A DNA stretch of 64,000 nucleotides from Cyanophora paradoxa CCMP329 (GCA_004431415.1 QPMI01000474.1:78913-142912), one strand, 5' to 3'. Counted from the stretch's first letter, positions 50,779 through 63,304 are shown. Numbers and translations are program-made. The notes: a model not told the origin generated them from the letters alone.

Positions 50779-53700
50779 ATGAGCTTCAATTACCCACCAA
50801 TCTAGAAACCATTCAAGATGATAATGCAAGCAGCACCAAGCATGTGAACTTTGATAATATTAAAGTAAAGGGTTCAGTTTCAATTGACCACAGCTCTGAT
50901 AATTCATCAAAGACTCAATCAAGGGAGCATGCTTTATCTGTGAATCAAACCGATCCAGAAAAGAGGATGTCAGTGTTAGCTTTTAGTTTGGGTAATGTGA
51001 AAGCAAACCAAGTGGCAGAGATCAAAGCAACAAGAAGGAGACCTAGGAAACTAAAAACCAGTGGCACTCACCCAGATATACCTTCCAGGTTCGATAGTGG
51101 TCGATTGATTTTCAATGTTCAAGATGAGCAGGGCAAACAGAACACAGCTTTGCGAATTTACAATGAGGGCAGCACTGCAAAAGCTGAGGTCCCCCAAGTA
51201 TTGCAAGTGGGTCCCATTGCCAATACAAATCAGGTCTCCTACACAAATGATGTATACCCCAAGGATATTACATATGACTTTGCGAGGAATGAGCCTTTTG
51301 GGTTTTTTACTCCAAAAGATGTCCATCAAAAAAAGCCATCAATTACAATCAACAGTAGCCCCAGTCAACCAGTAGCAATCCATTTACATCCTGATTTAGT
51401 CGAAATGGATAGGCACCTTTTGCCTTTGTATAGCAATGTGAAAGACCTTGGAATTCGAACCAGGCAATGGCGAAATATCCATGGCAGCAATGTGTATGCA
51501 AATGGTGAGAAGCTTGTAGTGAGAAAACCTAAGAGAAATCATTGAGCATTATGGTCCCAATGGACCTGTCCCATTCCCTATTCCATTTCCAATGGACCTC
51601 CCGATTTAACACCAAAGAAGCAGCCTGGAAGAGAATACACAGCAACTGAAGATGTAGCCTTTGGGCAGCATATTGTTAGTTGGGAGCAAGTTCGCAATAA
51701 ACCTATAATTGAACCCAGAAAGCAAATAGATGAGCAGTATTTACCTCCTGAAGTCGATATATTAGAGCTTGATGAATATCAATTCGTTCCAGATGAGGAA
51801 GAATATTTACCAGATGGTTTTGACCCACAAGAATATGAATATGATCATTGACCCCAATGAGGAGGAGATACTACCAGATGGCTTAGATCCTCAAGAGTAT
51901 GAGTATGAGCAGAACTATGAACCCCATGAGGAGTATTTAGCAGATGGACATGATCCACCAGCTGTTGATTATGAGCAACCTTATGAACCCCATGAGGAAT
52001 TATTACCAGATGGATTTCGACCTGAGATCTGGGAGTTCTTTCCTGATTATGAACAAATTAATAATAAACCTGCAAAGTATCCCCCAGAGGATCACAATCA
52101 TGATTGGGATGAGATCTTAGGCAAACCTCAAAAGTATCCACCAGAGGATCACAGGCATGATTGGGGTGAAATTGATGGAATACCAGAGTTCCACCAAGCA
52201 AACATGAACACACTTGGGATGAGATCAATGACCAACCAGAATTCGCAAAGGTAGAGCCTCTTGATAACTTGGGGGTTTCTCTTTACCAGACTTGCAATGT
52301 CCCTGAAAGAATCTTTTTGAATGAACACTATGTCATGTGAATGGGACACTTGCAAATTCAGCTATGAGAGGACCACTTCATATTAGGACATTACCAGGCT
52401 CTTTTGAAACCCCACCTGAACCAGGAGCAACCATACCAAATATCTTTGTGTCAAGCTACATGGAGGCTGACATTCCCACAGATACATTCAGAGTCCCAAC
52501 AGACCCAGCAACCTACCAAAATTACAACGCTGCTATACAGGTTCATGTAGCAGATGTAAGCAGTTTAGATGGCTCAAGACCAATGATAGTATTCAGCAGA
52601 GATAAATATTCTTACATTCCCATAGTGGGAACTGCAAATGATAATTATGGAAGGGCAGAGCTTGCATGGATTAAAACAGATTATGGTGGGGTTCTGGAAG
52701 CCAATCAGAATGGCTGCAAAAAACATACACAATGAGAGCATTTCGAGAGTGGTCACAGAGGATTATTAGAAGAGCAAGGATATATTGATGAAGGTGAACT
52801 CACAAATATTCTTTCTCTTTTTGTGATCAAAAATGACACAAACCTTACAGTCACTTCCAATATCTACACCAGTAACCTTTATTACAAGTAACCTATGGGC
52901 AAGTAACATTTGGACAAGAAAACTATGGCAGATGATATTTACACAAGTAATCTTACAGTGTATCGAAATATAACAATCGGAACACAAAACACTATACAAA
53001 TACTTTATAGACCTTACTATGCTGTTACTACTGTCATTGATCCAGCCCCAATTATTCCAAATTGTATATTTGCATGGAAAGCATCAGGTCAACATGGTCA
53101 GTTGATATATTATCAAGGTCAGATATATAACAGAGTTACTACACAGATACCATATTACAAATTATTCGAATTGGGAAACTGTTTATTATTATTTGAATGC
53201 AACCCTGAACAATCAAATTTCGATTGGGAAAGAATTAAACATGGCTTATAGGAATAGTGTTTCAATAGATTGGTCATTAGGTCTTACATTATTCTTTATA
53301 GGTAGGATCAATACAACAAATCCTTCTTATATGTTGAGTATAAGGGATAGTTCTTATCAAAATTGGATTGGATATGGTTGTAAAAATCAAAAGTTTGGTG
53401 TTTCACTACAAATTCAAAACGATATAGAAAATGCAACTCCTCCATTATTCGATGCATCATATATTTATAATTCGTGGAATTATTGGGATTTCACTGTTTC
53501 CTCAGAGCAAATTGTCGTAGGAATGGGTGGATTTGATATTGGAACATCATCGGGTGATTTTCTTCCACCTTCTAATTTTGCATCATTTGGTTCTTCTGTT
53601 GCTAATGGAGATCTTGCCGAAATTATCGTTTTCAATCGTGCGTTATCTATTGAAGAAAAGAACGCGGTTAGATATTATATACAATTATTGTATGGATTTC

Positions 53701-56604
53701 CAAATACGCAGCCCGTATTGAATAATGAAGATCTTAAAATTAATTCGAGCAATATATTTATTGAAAATCTCACAGTTACCAAAAATGCAACTCTACCACA
53801 TCATCCAACATCGAATGTTGTTTTAGATTGGTTAGCAAAACAAAAACACACAAAAGCAGATATTACGGATTTCGCCCATACTCACACAAAAGATCAAATC
53901 ACAGATTTCGCCCATACACACACCAAAGATCAAATCACAGATTTCGCACATACTCACACAAAAGATCAAATAACAGATTTTGCCCATACTCACACAAAAG
54001 ATCAAATAACAGATTTCGCCATACACATTTATGGGAGCATATCACAAATCCACCATTAACCTTCCACCAGATTCACACACTCATGATTATTCAGAGATTA
54101 CAAATAGCAACCACAGGCACCCATGGAGCGAAATGATGACCAGCCAGTGTTTGCACAGTTGAATGCAATCGGAAATGTTTTTAATGGAGTCACACTTTAC
54201 CAATCGAGTAATACACCTGAAAGATTGTATTTGAATGATCATTATGTAGTCTCAATGGGACTTTTACAGGTCAAACAGGCACACCAATGGTGGGAACTCT
54301 TGCAGTAAGATTACCCAGGGATCCAATCGTTAATGGAGTTTATATGGCGATTTTAATGGGAGTTAATGATACTTTCCCCAGTATCTATGTTACGAATTAT
54401 CACCCAGGAGAAACAGGACAAGTAGCGGATTTTTCAGCAGCAATTCAAGTAAATGTAACAGATCAAAGCCATATGATGGAGCAAGACCTAAAATGTTTAC
54501 AAGGGAGAAAGTTGTAAACTATCTTCCTGTTGGGACAACCCACAGATGATCACGGAAATGTGAGATTGCATGGATAAAACGACATCAGGTGGAGCCTTAG
54601 AAGTCAATCAGAGGATGGCAGCAAAAGAACTTACACAATACACCCTTTCAGGAGTAGTGACAGATGATTACCTTAACAATAAAGGATATCTTACAACAGC
54701 AGATTTAAGCAGCTATGTAACAGAAAGTGAATTGGGAACGACTCTAAATAATATACAACAGATGCAGAGTTAACAGCAGCTCTGGAAATTATTTACCTCT
54801 TACAGGTGGGACAGTTAATGGAACTGTAAACGCTACTAGTCTACAAATTGGTGGAAACACAATTCCAAAAGGATATGATTTCGATCAATTAGATGTAGTA
54901 TCAACAGATAGAAGCGCAAATAATTGGAATTTGAATTGGTCACCAAGAACAGGACAAACAGGATGTTATACACCACAAAATGATGAAGATTGTAGCGGTT
55001 GTTTTATGAGGTGGACTGTCCCCACAGGTATGAAATCATTTTATATTCAGCATATGCCTTGGTATAATGGCAGATATTTTGATATCTATGGTCAGACTCT
55101 CAATAACAATCAGCATTTCTTAAAACGTGTAAACGATTATCAAGGAATACAGTCAGTAAATCATGATGGGACAAATAATCTATCTTGTTTGTATCAATTA
55201 ATTGCGAGTTTTACAAGAATATTTATGTTCAAGGTCGAAAAGGTCGCATTCATCTTACGGGGTTTTGGTTGGAGTAGACAGAGAGCAACCGATAATGAGT
55301 TGGGCATGATTCTTGGGATAATATTTACAGTCGTCCCGCTTTAATAACAGCCGCAGACCTTCCACAAACCGCAACATGGGCAACAAATACATGGTTAAAA
55401 TCAACAGATGCAGTTGAGCGAATTTGGTTTGGTAATGGTGATTGCACATATATACGAGGGAGACCAAATGGTGATGGTGTCTCAATTGAATTCAGAACTC
55501 AGCAGATGGAGCAATTTTAAAGTCTTATAACAATGGTAACTTTTGGGTGAAAATACTATTACAGCACCCACTATTAATGCTACTACCAAACTCCAAATAA
55601 ATGGTAATGATGTCCCAAAGTTTCACACAGCGGATTCATCGAAGGAGGTATTGATTTAATAGATGTTCTTATAACGATTGGGAGTGGGCGTGGAGTTCAG
55701 CATGGGATCCATATTATAATTATGGTTCTTTCGTTTATAATAAGCAATATGATGACCAAACTTCTACCGCTTGATTGACTTCGATATACCCGATGGGATA
55801 TCACACAGGAACAGCGTTTTTAACTTATTTACCTTGGAAACGCACGACTTTTTGAAATTTGGGGAGTAATCGACAAGGAAATGAAGTTTTTATTACATCA
55901 GTGAATAGTTATCAACCATACGCCACATCTCCTGACAGTAACCACAGCGGTTTAAATAATGTTCCTATACATCTCGGTAATCGATTTTTGACTATTCGGA
56001 TTAGACCAAAGATTGGAAGAGTTCATATTATGGGTATAAGTTACATGAAAATTTGGACAGGAAATAGTTATGGTGGTCACACCGGCTATATTCATTGGAA
56101 TAATGTTTATAGTAGACCAAATCTTTTAACAGGAACTGTGGTAGTTGGTTTAATTCAAGTGATGGATACAATCGTATCCATTTTGGTAACAATACTTCTA
56201 CATACTTGAAAGGAAGGGAGATATCCTTGATTCCGAAATGAGCAAGATACTGATTTGTTACATGTATCATGGGGCGGATGTGGATAATTATTTAACACAA
56301 GGAAGTGACAGAAGATACAAAACAGATATAAAAAAGATACAGGCGCTCTTTCAGCGATTGAGAAATTAGAAGGAGTGAGTTTTAAACGAATTGGAAGCGA
56401 AAAAGACGGAACAAAATTAGGTTTAATTGCGCAAGATGTGGTAAAGGTAATACCAGAATTGTTAATGTGAAAAAGATGATGGTTACCTTATCGCTTGAAT
56501 ACACAGGATTGGTTCCAGTTCTCATAGAAGCCGTTAAAGAGTTGTCTCAGAAATGCAAGAGTCTACAAGATCAAATAGACCAAATTAAAAATGTAACAGT
56601 ATAA
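50779..56604 (+). CDS. giant fibre/tail-spike-like protein (possibly one ~1,900-aa ORF) with HxH repeats, LamG-like domain and C-terminal peptidase S74 chaperone
   Basis: YPPEDHxHDW repeats. GDLAEIIVFNRALS (LamG-like). HTHTKDQITDFA repeats. SDRRYKTDI...GLIAQDV...LVPVLIEAVKEL. No obvious intergenic gap between fragments. Confidence 0.7.
53845..54030 (+). repeat. 36-bp coding tandem repeat (HTHTKDQITDFA, ~5 copies)
   Basis: Directly visible. Confidence 0.9.
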
Positions 56605-56607
56605 TAA

Positions 56608-56897
56608 ATGGCGACCTATCCACTTGGTGGAACCCCAATACAGGTGAGCCTGTCGCTCTTGCATTTGATACAATCAAGCTTGTATCAGCATTACAAACAG
56701 TGGAAAAAACGATTCAGCAAACTAACAAGCTCTCACCAGTTGTAAATGAGTATAAAAACCTCTTGGTTAATGTCCTTGCTCAAGCTGCATATGGTGACCC
56801 TGTTGCTAAATACAATGAGTGTGATAACAACATTAAAGCAATGACATCCAACCTGCAAGTTCTTTCAACTGTTTACCAATCCCTTGGATCGATTTAA
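56608..56897 (+). CDS. small hypothetical viral protein
   Basis: TATAATAAATG start. The ORF fragment 56700-56897 supplies the C-terminus. Confidence 0.45.
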
Positions 56898-56950
56898 TCA
56901 CTTTGGCTTGATGGTAGTTTATTTTTCTTTCCTTCTTAGTAAAAGAAGCA

Positions 56951-57790
56951 ATGGGGAATATAATCGAGTTCAACTGCCTATATATTCCCTTGGATCCCCT
57001 GCAATGCATTTCGCCAGCATGAAGTAATGATGAGGTTCGTGGTTTAGAATCCACAGAGAGACCCAATTCCAATGGTAACTCCTTTGATAAAAATTCGATT
57101 ATTCGAGTTAAAGAGCTGAGAGCTGATAAGAATTCTGGTGTGGTGAAAACAACTCGACTTCTTGTGACTAATGCTAACTTCTTCCACCTACAATGGAGGT
57201 CCTGATGCTTACAGTGTTGATCTGAAAGCCCTTGTTTCGATAAGAATTCTGCTGCTGTAACTGTGAGATCAGGAGGAGCTTTTATTGGTGGTGGTTGCAG
57301 AGTTTCAGGTCAGCTTTCATCCTCTGTTTCCTACAAGATGTCCCAGATACTCTTGAACAAAATGCTGAGAACCCACAACGAATTCGTTCTATACACCAGT
57401 TGCACAGCAACCTTTTGCATTTCTATGTTTGCATCATCTGTCACTCTTGAAAATTGAATTGGTTTCCATTACAGGAACTGATCGAGTGAGAAGGAATATT
57501 CCTCTTCCACAGCAATGTTCTCTCAATGTGTAGAGCAATAATAACCAACAAGGTCACAATTACTATTCTTTGTTCAAGCATCAACCATTTTGGTCGGGGA
57601 TATTGTGTTTATAACAATCTGACATTTACTTATGATTGTATGTCACTGAGGTTGGAGTTTACAATACTATGATTATGGGACTGAGAACAGATATAGCAGC
57701 TGTTCAGCACTCCGTGGGTAAATGTTGCTGATATATTCACAACAGGATTTTACCAAGAATTAGATGTAATTGATGACCCAACCCCATAAA
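56951..57790 (+). CDS. hypothetical structural protein, paralog A
   Basis: RVKELRADKNSGVVKTTRLLVTNANF shared with the next gene. End uncertain. Confidence 0.5.
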
Positions 57791-57812
57791 AGATATATCC
57801 CTTTAATGTAAA

Positions 57813-58635
57813 ATGGCTGAGCAACCCCATTGAACGAATTATTACACCTCAGCTATCATTAGCTGCCCAGCAAACCATGTTTTACAGCATGCTACCTTTG
57901 ATGATGTAGAGGGTCTCCAATCCACAGAGGTCCAACCTACAATGAACACCTTTGGTTCCACCCACAAACTGAGATTACAGGAACTCAGATGTGATAAAAA
58001 TAATGGAATAGTTAAGACAACTAAGCTACTTGTTACCAATGCAAACTTTTCTGCTCATTATGGAGACCCAGATAGCTATGGAGATCCTCTTTCTACTTAT
58101 TCTTTTGAATCTAGGTCGGGAGCTATTAACTGCAAATCGGGGAGCTTATATTGGTGATGGACTTAGGTTGGTGGGGCTTGGAGCGCCTCTATTTGTGAAT
58201 GATCAACCCAATCCCATTGATCCCAACACAAGAATTCGAACCTATGTCCCCAGCATGAATGCCCCTACATTATAAAGATATTCCCATTGTTGTAAATGAA
58301 CAAACAGCAGTAGTAGACTCTCTTGTTGAGATTGGTGACCACTACAAGGTTGTTGTGGATATTCCACCAGATGTTTATGCTCTTTGTCAAGTAGAGGGTG
58401 GAACTCCTAATTTTGCAGTTGTGATCACCCCATATGATAATTTCGGATTGCTTATCATGGAGTCAATTTCGGTTTGGAAGACTATCAGTTCTTAGTGAGA
58501 GCCACCAAGTTTGGTATCTACAATGTGTATTATATTGCTGAGAGAACCGATTTTATTGCAAAGCAGAATACCTATGCTGAATACTATGGGACAAATCGAT
58601 ATTTCCCCATTTTTGGGCAGGATACTGCTCCATAA
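57813..58635 (+). CDS. hypothetical structural protein, paralog B
   Basis: RLQELRCDKNNGIVKTTKLLVTNANF. Frameshifted. Confidence 0.55.
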
Positions 58636-58657
58636 GAATATTGGTTATATATAGAGT

Positions 58658-58918
58658 ATGGATAGTAAACAAAAAAGTTTATTGATGCTGCTATGACAGT
58701 TCATGGTAAAGATAAATTCGATTACAGTGAGACACTTACATCAAAGCTCAAGAGAAAGTATCTGTGAGATGTTTGCAGTGTAACAAGGTGATCCTTACCT
58801 ATCCCTTTAATCATGTGAAGGGTCAGGTTGCAGGGAATGCAACAAAAAACATTCTCAGGCTTACAGGAAAAGGGCTTCTTCATCAATCACAGTGGAATAT
58901 AGGGATGTTTGCATTAGG
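58658..58918 (+). CDS. single DUF723-like Zn-ribbon protein
   Basis: VHGKDKFDYSE...KVSVRCLQC...NHVKG.GCREC. Confidence 0.6.
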
Positions 58919-58956
58919 TTCGATTAGGTTTAATTAATTTTTCTAAGGTATTCTTA

Positions 58957-59400
58957 ATGGAGACTCAATACAGGGCTTTCATGTTATGCTTGATTACAAG
59001 GCTAAACAGCTATTGCAACAGGACATGACATGTAGCTTCCTAGGTAATTGGATTATGAGAACCCTTGAACAAGCAGTATTAAGGCAAGGTATTAGGATTG
59101 TTCATAACATTGTGAGATATTTGATGGCAAACTATCACCTCCTGGATTTGCATTGGTTCTGCTATTAGATGAAAGCCATTGCACAGCTCATTGTTATTCC
59201 AATGAAGGCATGTTAGCAATTGATATATTCAGTTGTGGAAAGAAGCTCAGCATAAAACACAATCAGTGCAGATGAGATCGAAAAACAATGAATTTCTTCA
59301 CATTTGAGAAGACTGAGAGAATAAACATGATAGATTTCCGTTTTGATGGGTTTCTATAATGATGATCAGGGTGATTCTTTTTTATTACAATAACATTGAT
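58957..59400 (+). CDS. speD: prokaryotic-type pyruvoyl S-adenosylmethionine decarboxylase proenzyme (SpeD/SpeH family), frameshifted
   Basis: The frame from ~59120 reads FDGKLSPPGFALVLLLDESHCTAHCYSNEGMLAIDIFSCGKK, with the ESH autocleavage site and DIFxCG motif. N-terminal HVMLDY. Confidence 0.82.
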
Positions 59401-59491
59401 CAGCTATTAACAAAAGGATTATAATATATCCCTTTCCTACAATAGAATATGTTACAATTTCGAATACTATCGATTTCCTTACATAAAACTC

Positions 59492-60644
59492 AGCATCTCC
59501 CTTCATTCCCCAATTATAATTAAGTGGACTCAAGGTTGACTCATATTAATCGTAAAAGTAGTAAAGTATATGGATTTTGTTACGAATTCAATGGGAGGTT
59601 GACTAAGTGGTTGAGTTGACTCAAATTTCACAGGAAATAACAATGAATCAGAGTATAAATGCATTTTTGAATCAACTACACCAACTAACACTGAGATTTT
59701 AACAATATATGAGGTCCTTACTGAATATGGTTTGTGTGACAGGTGTGACAGGTCTATCCCAAACTTTTCTATAGCATAAAATGAACTCTCAAAAGTTTGG
59801 GATGGACCTGTCACACCTGTCACACTCGATTATTTCATTTGTTTATTCAAGTAGAATACATAGATAACTTCTTACTTTTGTTACTGAGTTTTTCATTATT
59901 AAAGAGATCCTTACTGAATATGGTTTGTGTGCAGGTGTGACAGGATGCATTTTGTGAATCAACTACACCAACTAACACTGAAATTTTAACATTAAAGAGA
60001 TCCTTACTGAATATGTTTGTGTGACAGGTGTGACAGGTCTATCCCAAACTTTTCTATAACATAAAAATGAACTATCAAAAGTTTGGGATAGACCTGTCAC
60101 ACCTGTCACACCCAATTATTTCAAAATTCCTAAGGGTCCCCCCTTAGACTCAACAAAACAATGATAAAATCATATAAGTTTCATGTATAATTACGATTGG
60201 ATTCAATAAGAGTCGATTTGTTTTATTTAACAAATGAATCATTTATGGATCTTAATCGAGTTTAGCGATATATTTCCGATTAAATGAATTAAATTTAATT
60301 AAATTTAATCGAGAAAGTACATGAATATAATATCGATTAAATCAATTAACTTTTAGACCAATCACACATAGTAAAATGCGGAGTTTTAACCAGAGGCAAG
60401 ATCTATGAGATTCAGTTATATTATTCGGAAATATATACAGATTATCGATAGACTCAGTAAGACTAATCGGAAAAGAAGAGAAATTTACGATAAAATATCG
60501 AAAGAATACAAAATAATCGAAATAAATTGAATATTCGATAAGATATACACAGATTATCGATTGATTGAAATAGAATATACGAGATATATCAACAAAATCA
60601 ATTAAGATAAGCCGAGGGTTAAAACTCCGCATTTTACTATGTGT
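59492..60644 (-). repeat. right terminal inverted repeat
   Basis: Reverse complement of 29209-30387, ending ...TTTTACTATGTGT at 60644. Confidence 0.92.
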
Positions 60645-61373
60645 CAAATACGACATCCACAGTAGGAGGCAGAGTGGCTATATAAACACGAAGACGAAAA
60701 ACAGGACATAACACGTTGCCTGGAAGAGCCGAAATAAAAAGCTCGTGACCAATCTGAGTCTGATCTGTTTTAGAGCGAGAGACGCGGAGGACCATGCCAT
60801 CTGGCGGAAAGATAAATGAGGACCGCCGAATTTGCACAGTCTCAGAGCGACGGAGGAGCCAAAGAAACCGACGGTGATCATAGCAATAGAGCGACGATGG
60901 GTCTGTATGGAACACGATCGGAAGCTACCGCTAGCCGGCGAATATGTTCGACCGAAGGACGGCCGCTGGGCGAGTGGGGCCATCGCCCAGGACTCGGCGC
61001 AAGCCGTGAGGACGTGCTGAAGAAGCACTGAGCTGAAAAACTGAGGTATCAAGCGCAAGGTCTCACACTCATTACGAACTGCAGAAAAAGCTACATTTAT
61101 AGTTGAGAAGACGTAGTCATCGTCAGCAATATCGCACAAAAAACCGGCTAGAACCTCAGCATCGACGGGAAAAGGTAGAACACCCAGCTGAATGCAGAAT
61201 GCGAAAACGGCCAACCCACATTGCATATGGCATCTCGCGTGGATGGGGCAGATGCTTTGGTTTGCTAGAACGTAATGCGAGCACAGATGTGGGCCCAACG
61301 AGCTGCATCCACTGCAGGGTATGGTTAGAAGCATGAGGGTGTGCGCTCGATTGCATTTATAATTATTTGACAC
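60645..61373 (-). pseudogene. tyrosine recombinase, truncated by the viral right end
   Basis: FFG.LRRSE and SKTDQ...LCPV. The HxxR and catalytic Tyr region is missing beyond 60645. Confidence 0.8.
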
Positions 61374-61403
61374 TAGTTTGCAATTGGGTACAGCTAAACT
61401 GAA

Positions 61404-63304
61404 CTAGAAAGCGAGGAGCAGCCACTCAGGAAGAGCAGCACGAGTTGGACCGAAAAGGCATACTGTGTGGCCCCGACCAAGATGCAGAGGGGGCTCCACA
61501 GCTGCAGCCTGCAAGATAGGCCACCATGGCTGCGAGGGCCATTCGGGTACTACAACAATCATCCGAGCTCGACAAGCTTGAGCATGACGAACCACCCGCA
61601 GTAGGACTGCAGGGTCGGGGAAAACATAATTAAAATCACGAGACCAATCAACAGTGAGCAGTCTACTGCCTCTGCAAGGCGGTCAAAAGGATCAATGCTA
61701 TTATAGCGAGGGACACGTGCAGAGGAAGCTAATGCCATTCGATCGACATCAGGCAAGCCATATCTGTTACAATGCGACGGAAAACAGCATCGGAAAGCTG
61801 ATAGTCAGCAGGGGCAAACCAGCGACTAAGATAATCGGCGAAATTATTGGTTTCTCCAGGTATCCACTCAGCATCCATGAAGGCACAATTTTGCAGGCGA
61901 AATTCCAATTTCCTTGGCGATTAATGTAAGCTCGGGGCTACGACCGCCACCATTAAGAATGTACTGCACTGCATTTGTGTTATCTGAGCGAACTAGTAAA
62001 TTAACGTGCTGCAGGTAAGGACTGAAATGATGCAGAGCACGAATAATGGCGGTCATCTCACGCCATGCAGGCGTCTGGGCCGACTCTGCAGGAGTCCACT
62101 GTTGTTGGAATGAGAGATCGCCAACCTCGGTGGTGACAAAACCACCAAGACCGATCTTGCTGGCATCCGTCGTAACAACGAAATTCGCTCTGGCCGGATG
62201 GCACACCGCCCATTATAGCGGGCGAGTTTGCATGCCACCAACAAGCTCCTCCTGGGCCTCCGGCGATACCACCGCCGGGGCATTCCACCGAAATTGTCGC
62301 TGGGTAATATCAATGTTGCGATAAATGGATCGAGTATGAATGCGAGCGGTGCAATAGCTAGGCCATTGACATAAGCACACCGACAATCGAAGTGAGTGTA
62401 CGAGCTGACATCTGAAATTGCACGCCTCTAGCCTGGCACGACTGGATGCGCTTAGCTGCGTCCTTTAGCCGGTCCTGAGCTTACTAAGCTTCTGCAGAGG
62501 ACCTCAAACATCATCGATGTGGAATCTACAATAAACCCTAAAAATTCGACACGCTGTGCAGGCTCAAGGGCCGATTTCTCATTAATGAATAAGTGCAGGT
62601 GGCGAAAAGATCGAGAATGAAATTGCGAAGATTAACAGCGGCCTGGTACGTGGGAGCCGCAAACCAGAAATCATCGACATACGATACCACGGTAATACCG
62701 TGTGCGCGGAAAGAAATTTAATGACCTGACGTATGATCTTGGTGAATGCATATGGGCATGTGAGAGCCCGAAGGGTAAAACGGTGTATTCGAAGAAAGTA
62801 CTATCGTACTGGAAGCCAGGTACGAGAAATATTGCGGGTCTACCGGTACATGATGATATCCCGACTCGAGGTCGATAGTAAACATAAACCAGCCAGGTCG
62901 CAGCAAGGCGATGACCTCGCGCATATTTTTATAGCGAAAAGGGACAGGAGGAAGACCTCGATTTGTTGGGCGGCCATCCCAATCAGTCTGAGCTTATCAC
63001 CAGTCTTCTTTGGAACCGTAAATAGCGAGCAAAACAATTTTCGGGGGCTTGGGGCCACCCGAATAGCGCCGGTACCGAGCAGCTTCTGAATTTCTGCCCG
63101 AATGAAGTACTCTCACGAGGCGCTGAGATTGACCAGCATTGTAATTACACTAGGAGGCAGATGCTCAACGCCAGCAAGAGGGTAGCCGTTCTGAGCCATG
63201 AAAAGGATGTAATCACTTGTTCCGATTGCACGCCATGCCGCCAAGGCATCCGCACTTCCGAGACAGCGAGCAGTAAAACCTGACAGAAAAACAACAGCAC
63301 GCAA
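61404..63304 (-). CDS. DIRS-type RT-RNase H-(Dam-like) polyprotein, frameshifted
   Basis: FTIDLESGYHH, SYVDDFW (~62670), TDASKIGLGG, REMTAI, RSDN, and VVPEWPSQPWWP. Confidence 0.88.

Larger units (their letters stand above)
29209..60644. mobile_element. endogenous Polinton/Maverick-like virus (Preplasmiviricota), about 28.5 kb plus 2.9 kb duplicated left end
   Basis: Abrupt GC-to-AT shift. Ends are ACACATAG... and ...CTATGTGT. Integrase, pPolB, packaging ATPase, MCP and penton-like genes are present, with no introns seen. Confidence 0.93.

Noticed and set aside
35360-59400. Programmed frameshifting or true pseudogenisation
   Set aside because: Indels are ubiquitous, often in homopolymers, and differ between duplicated copies, so sequencing error is the simpler explanation.
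29209-60644. Classification as a mavirus-type virophage or a bacterial prophage/contaminant
   Set aside because: No adenain-like protease was recognised and the capsid genes look PLV-like. The pPolB plus rve integrase plus TIR architecture joined to eukaryotic flanks is not a tailed phage. Final placement needs phylogeny.
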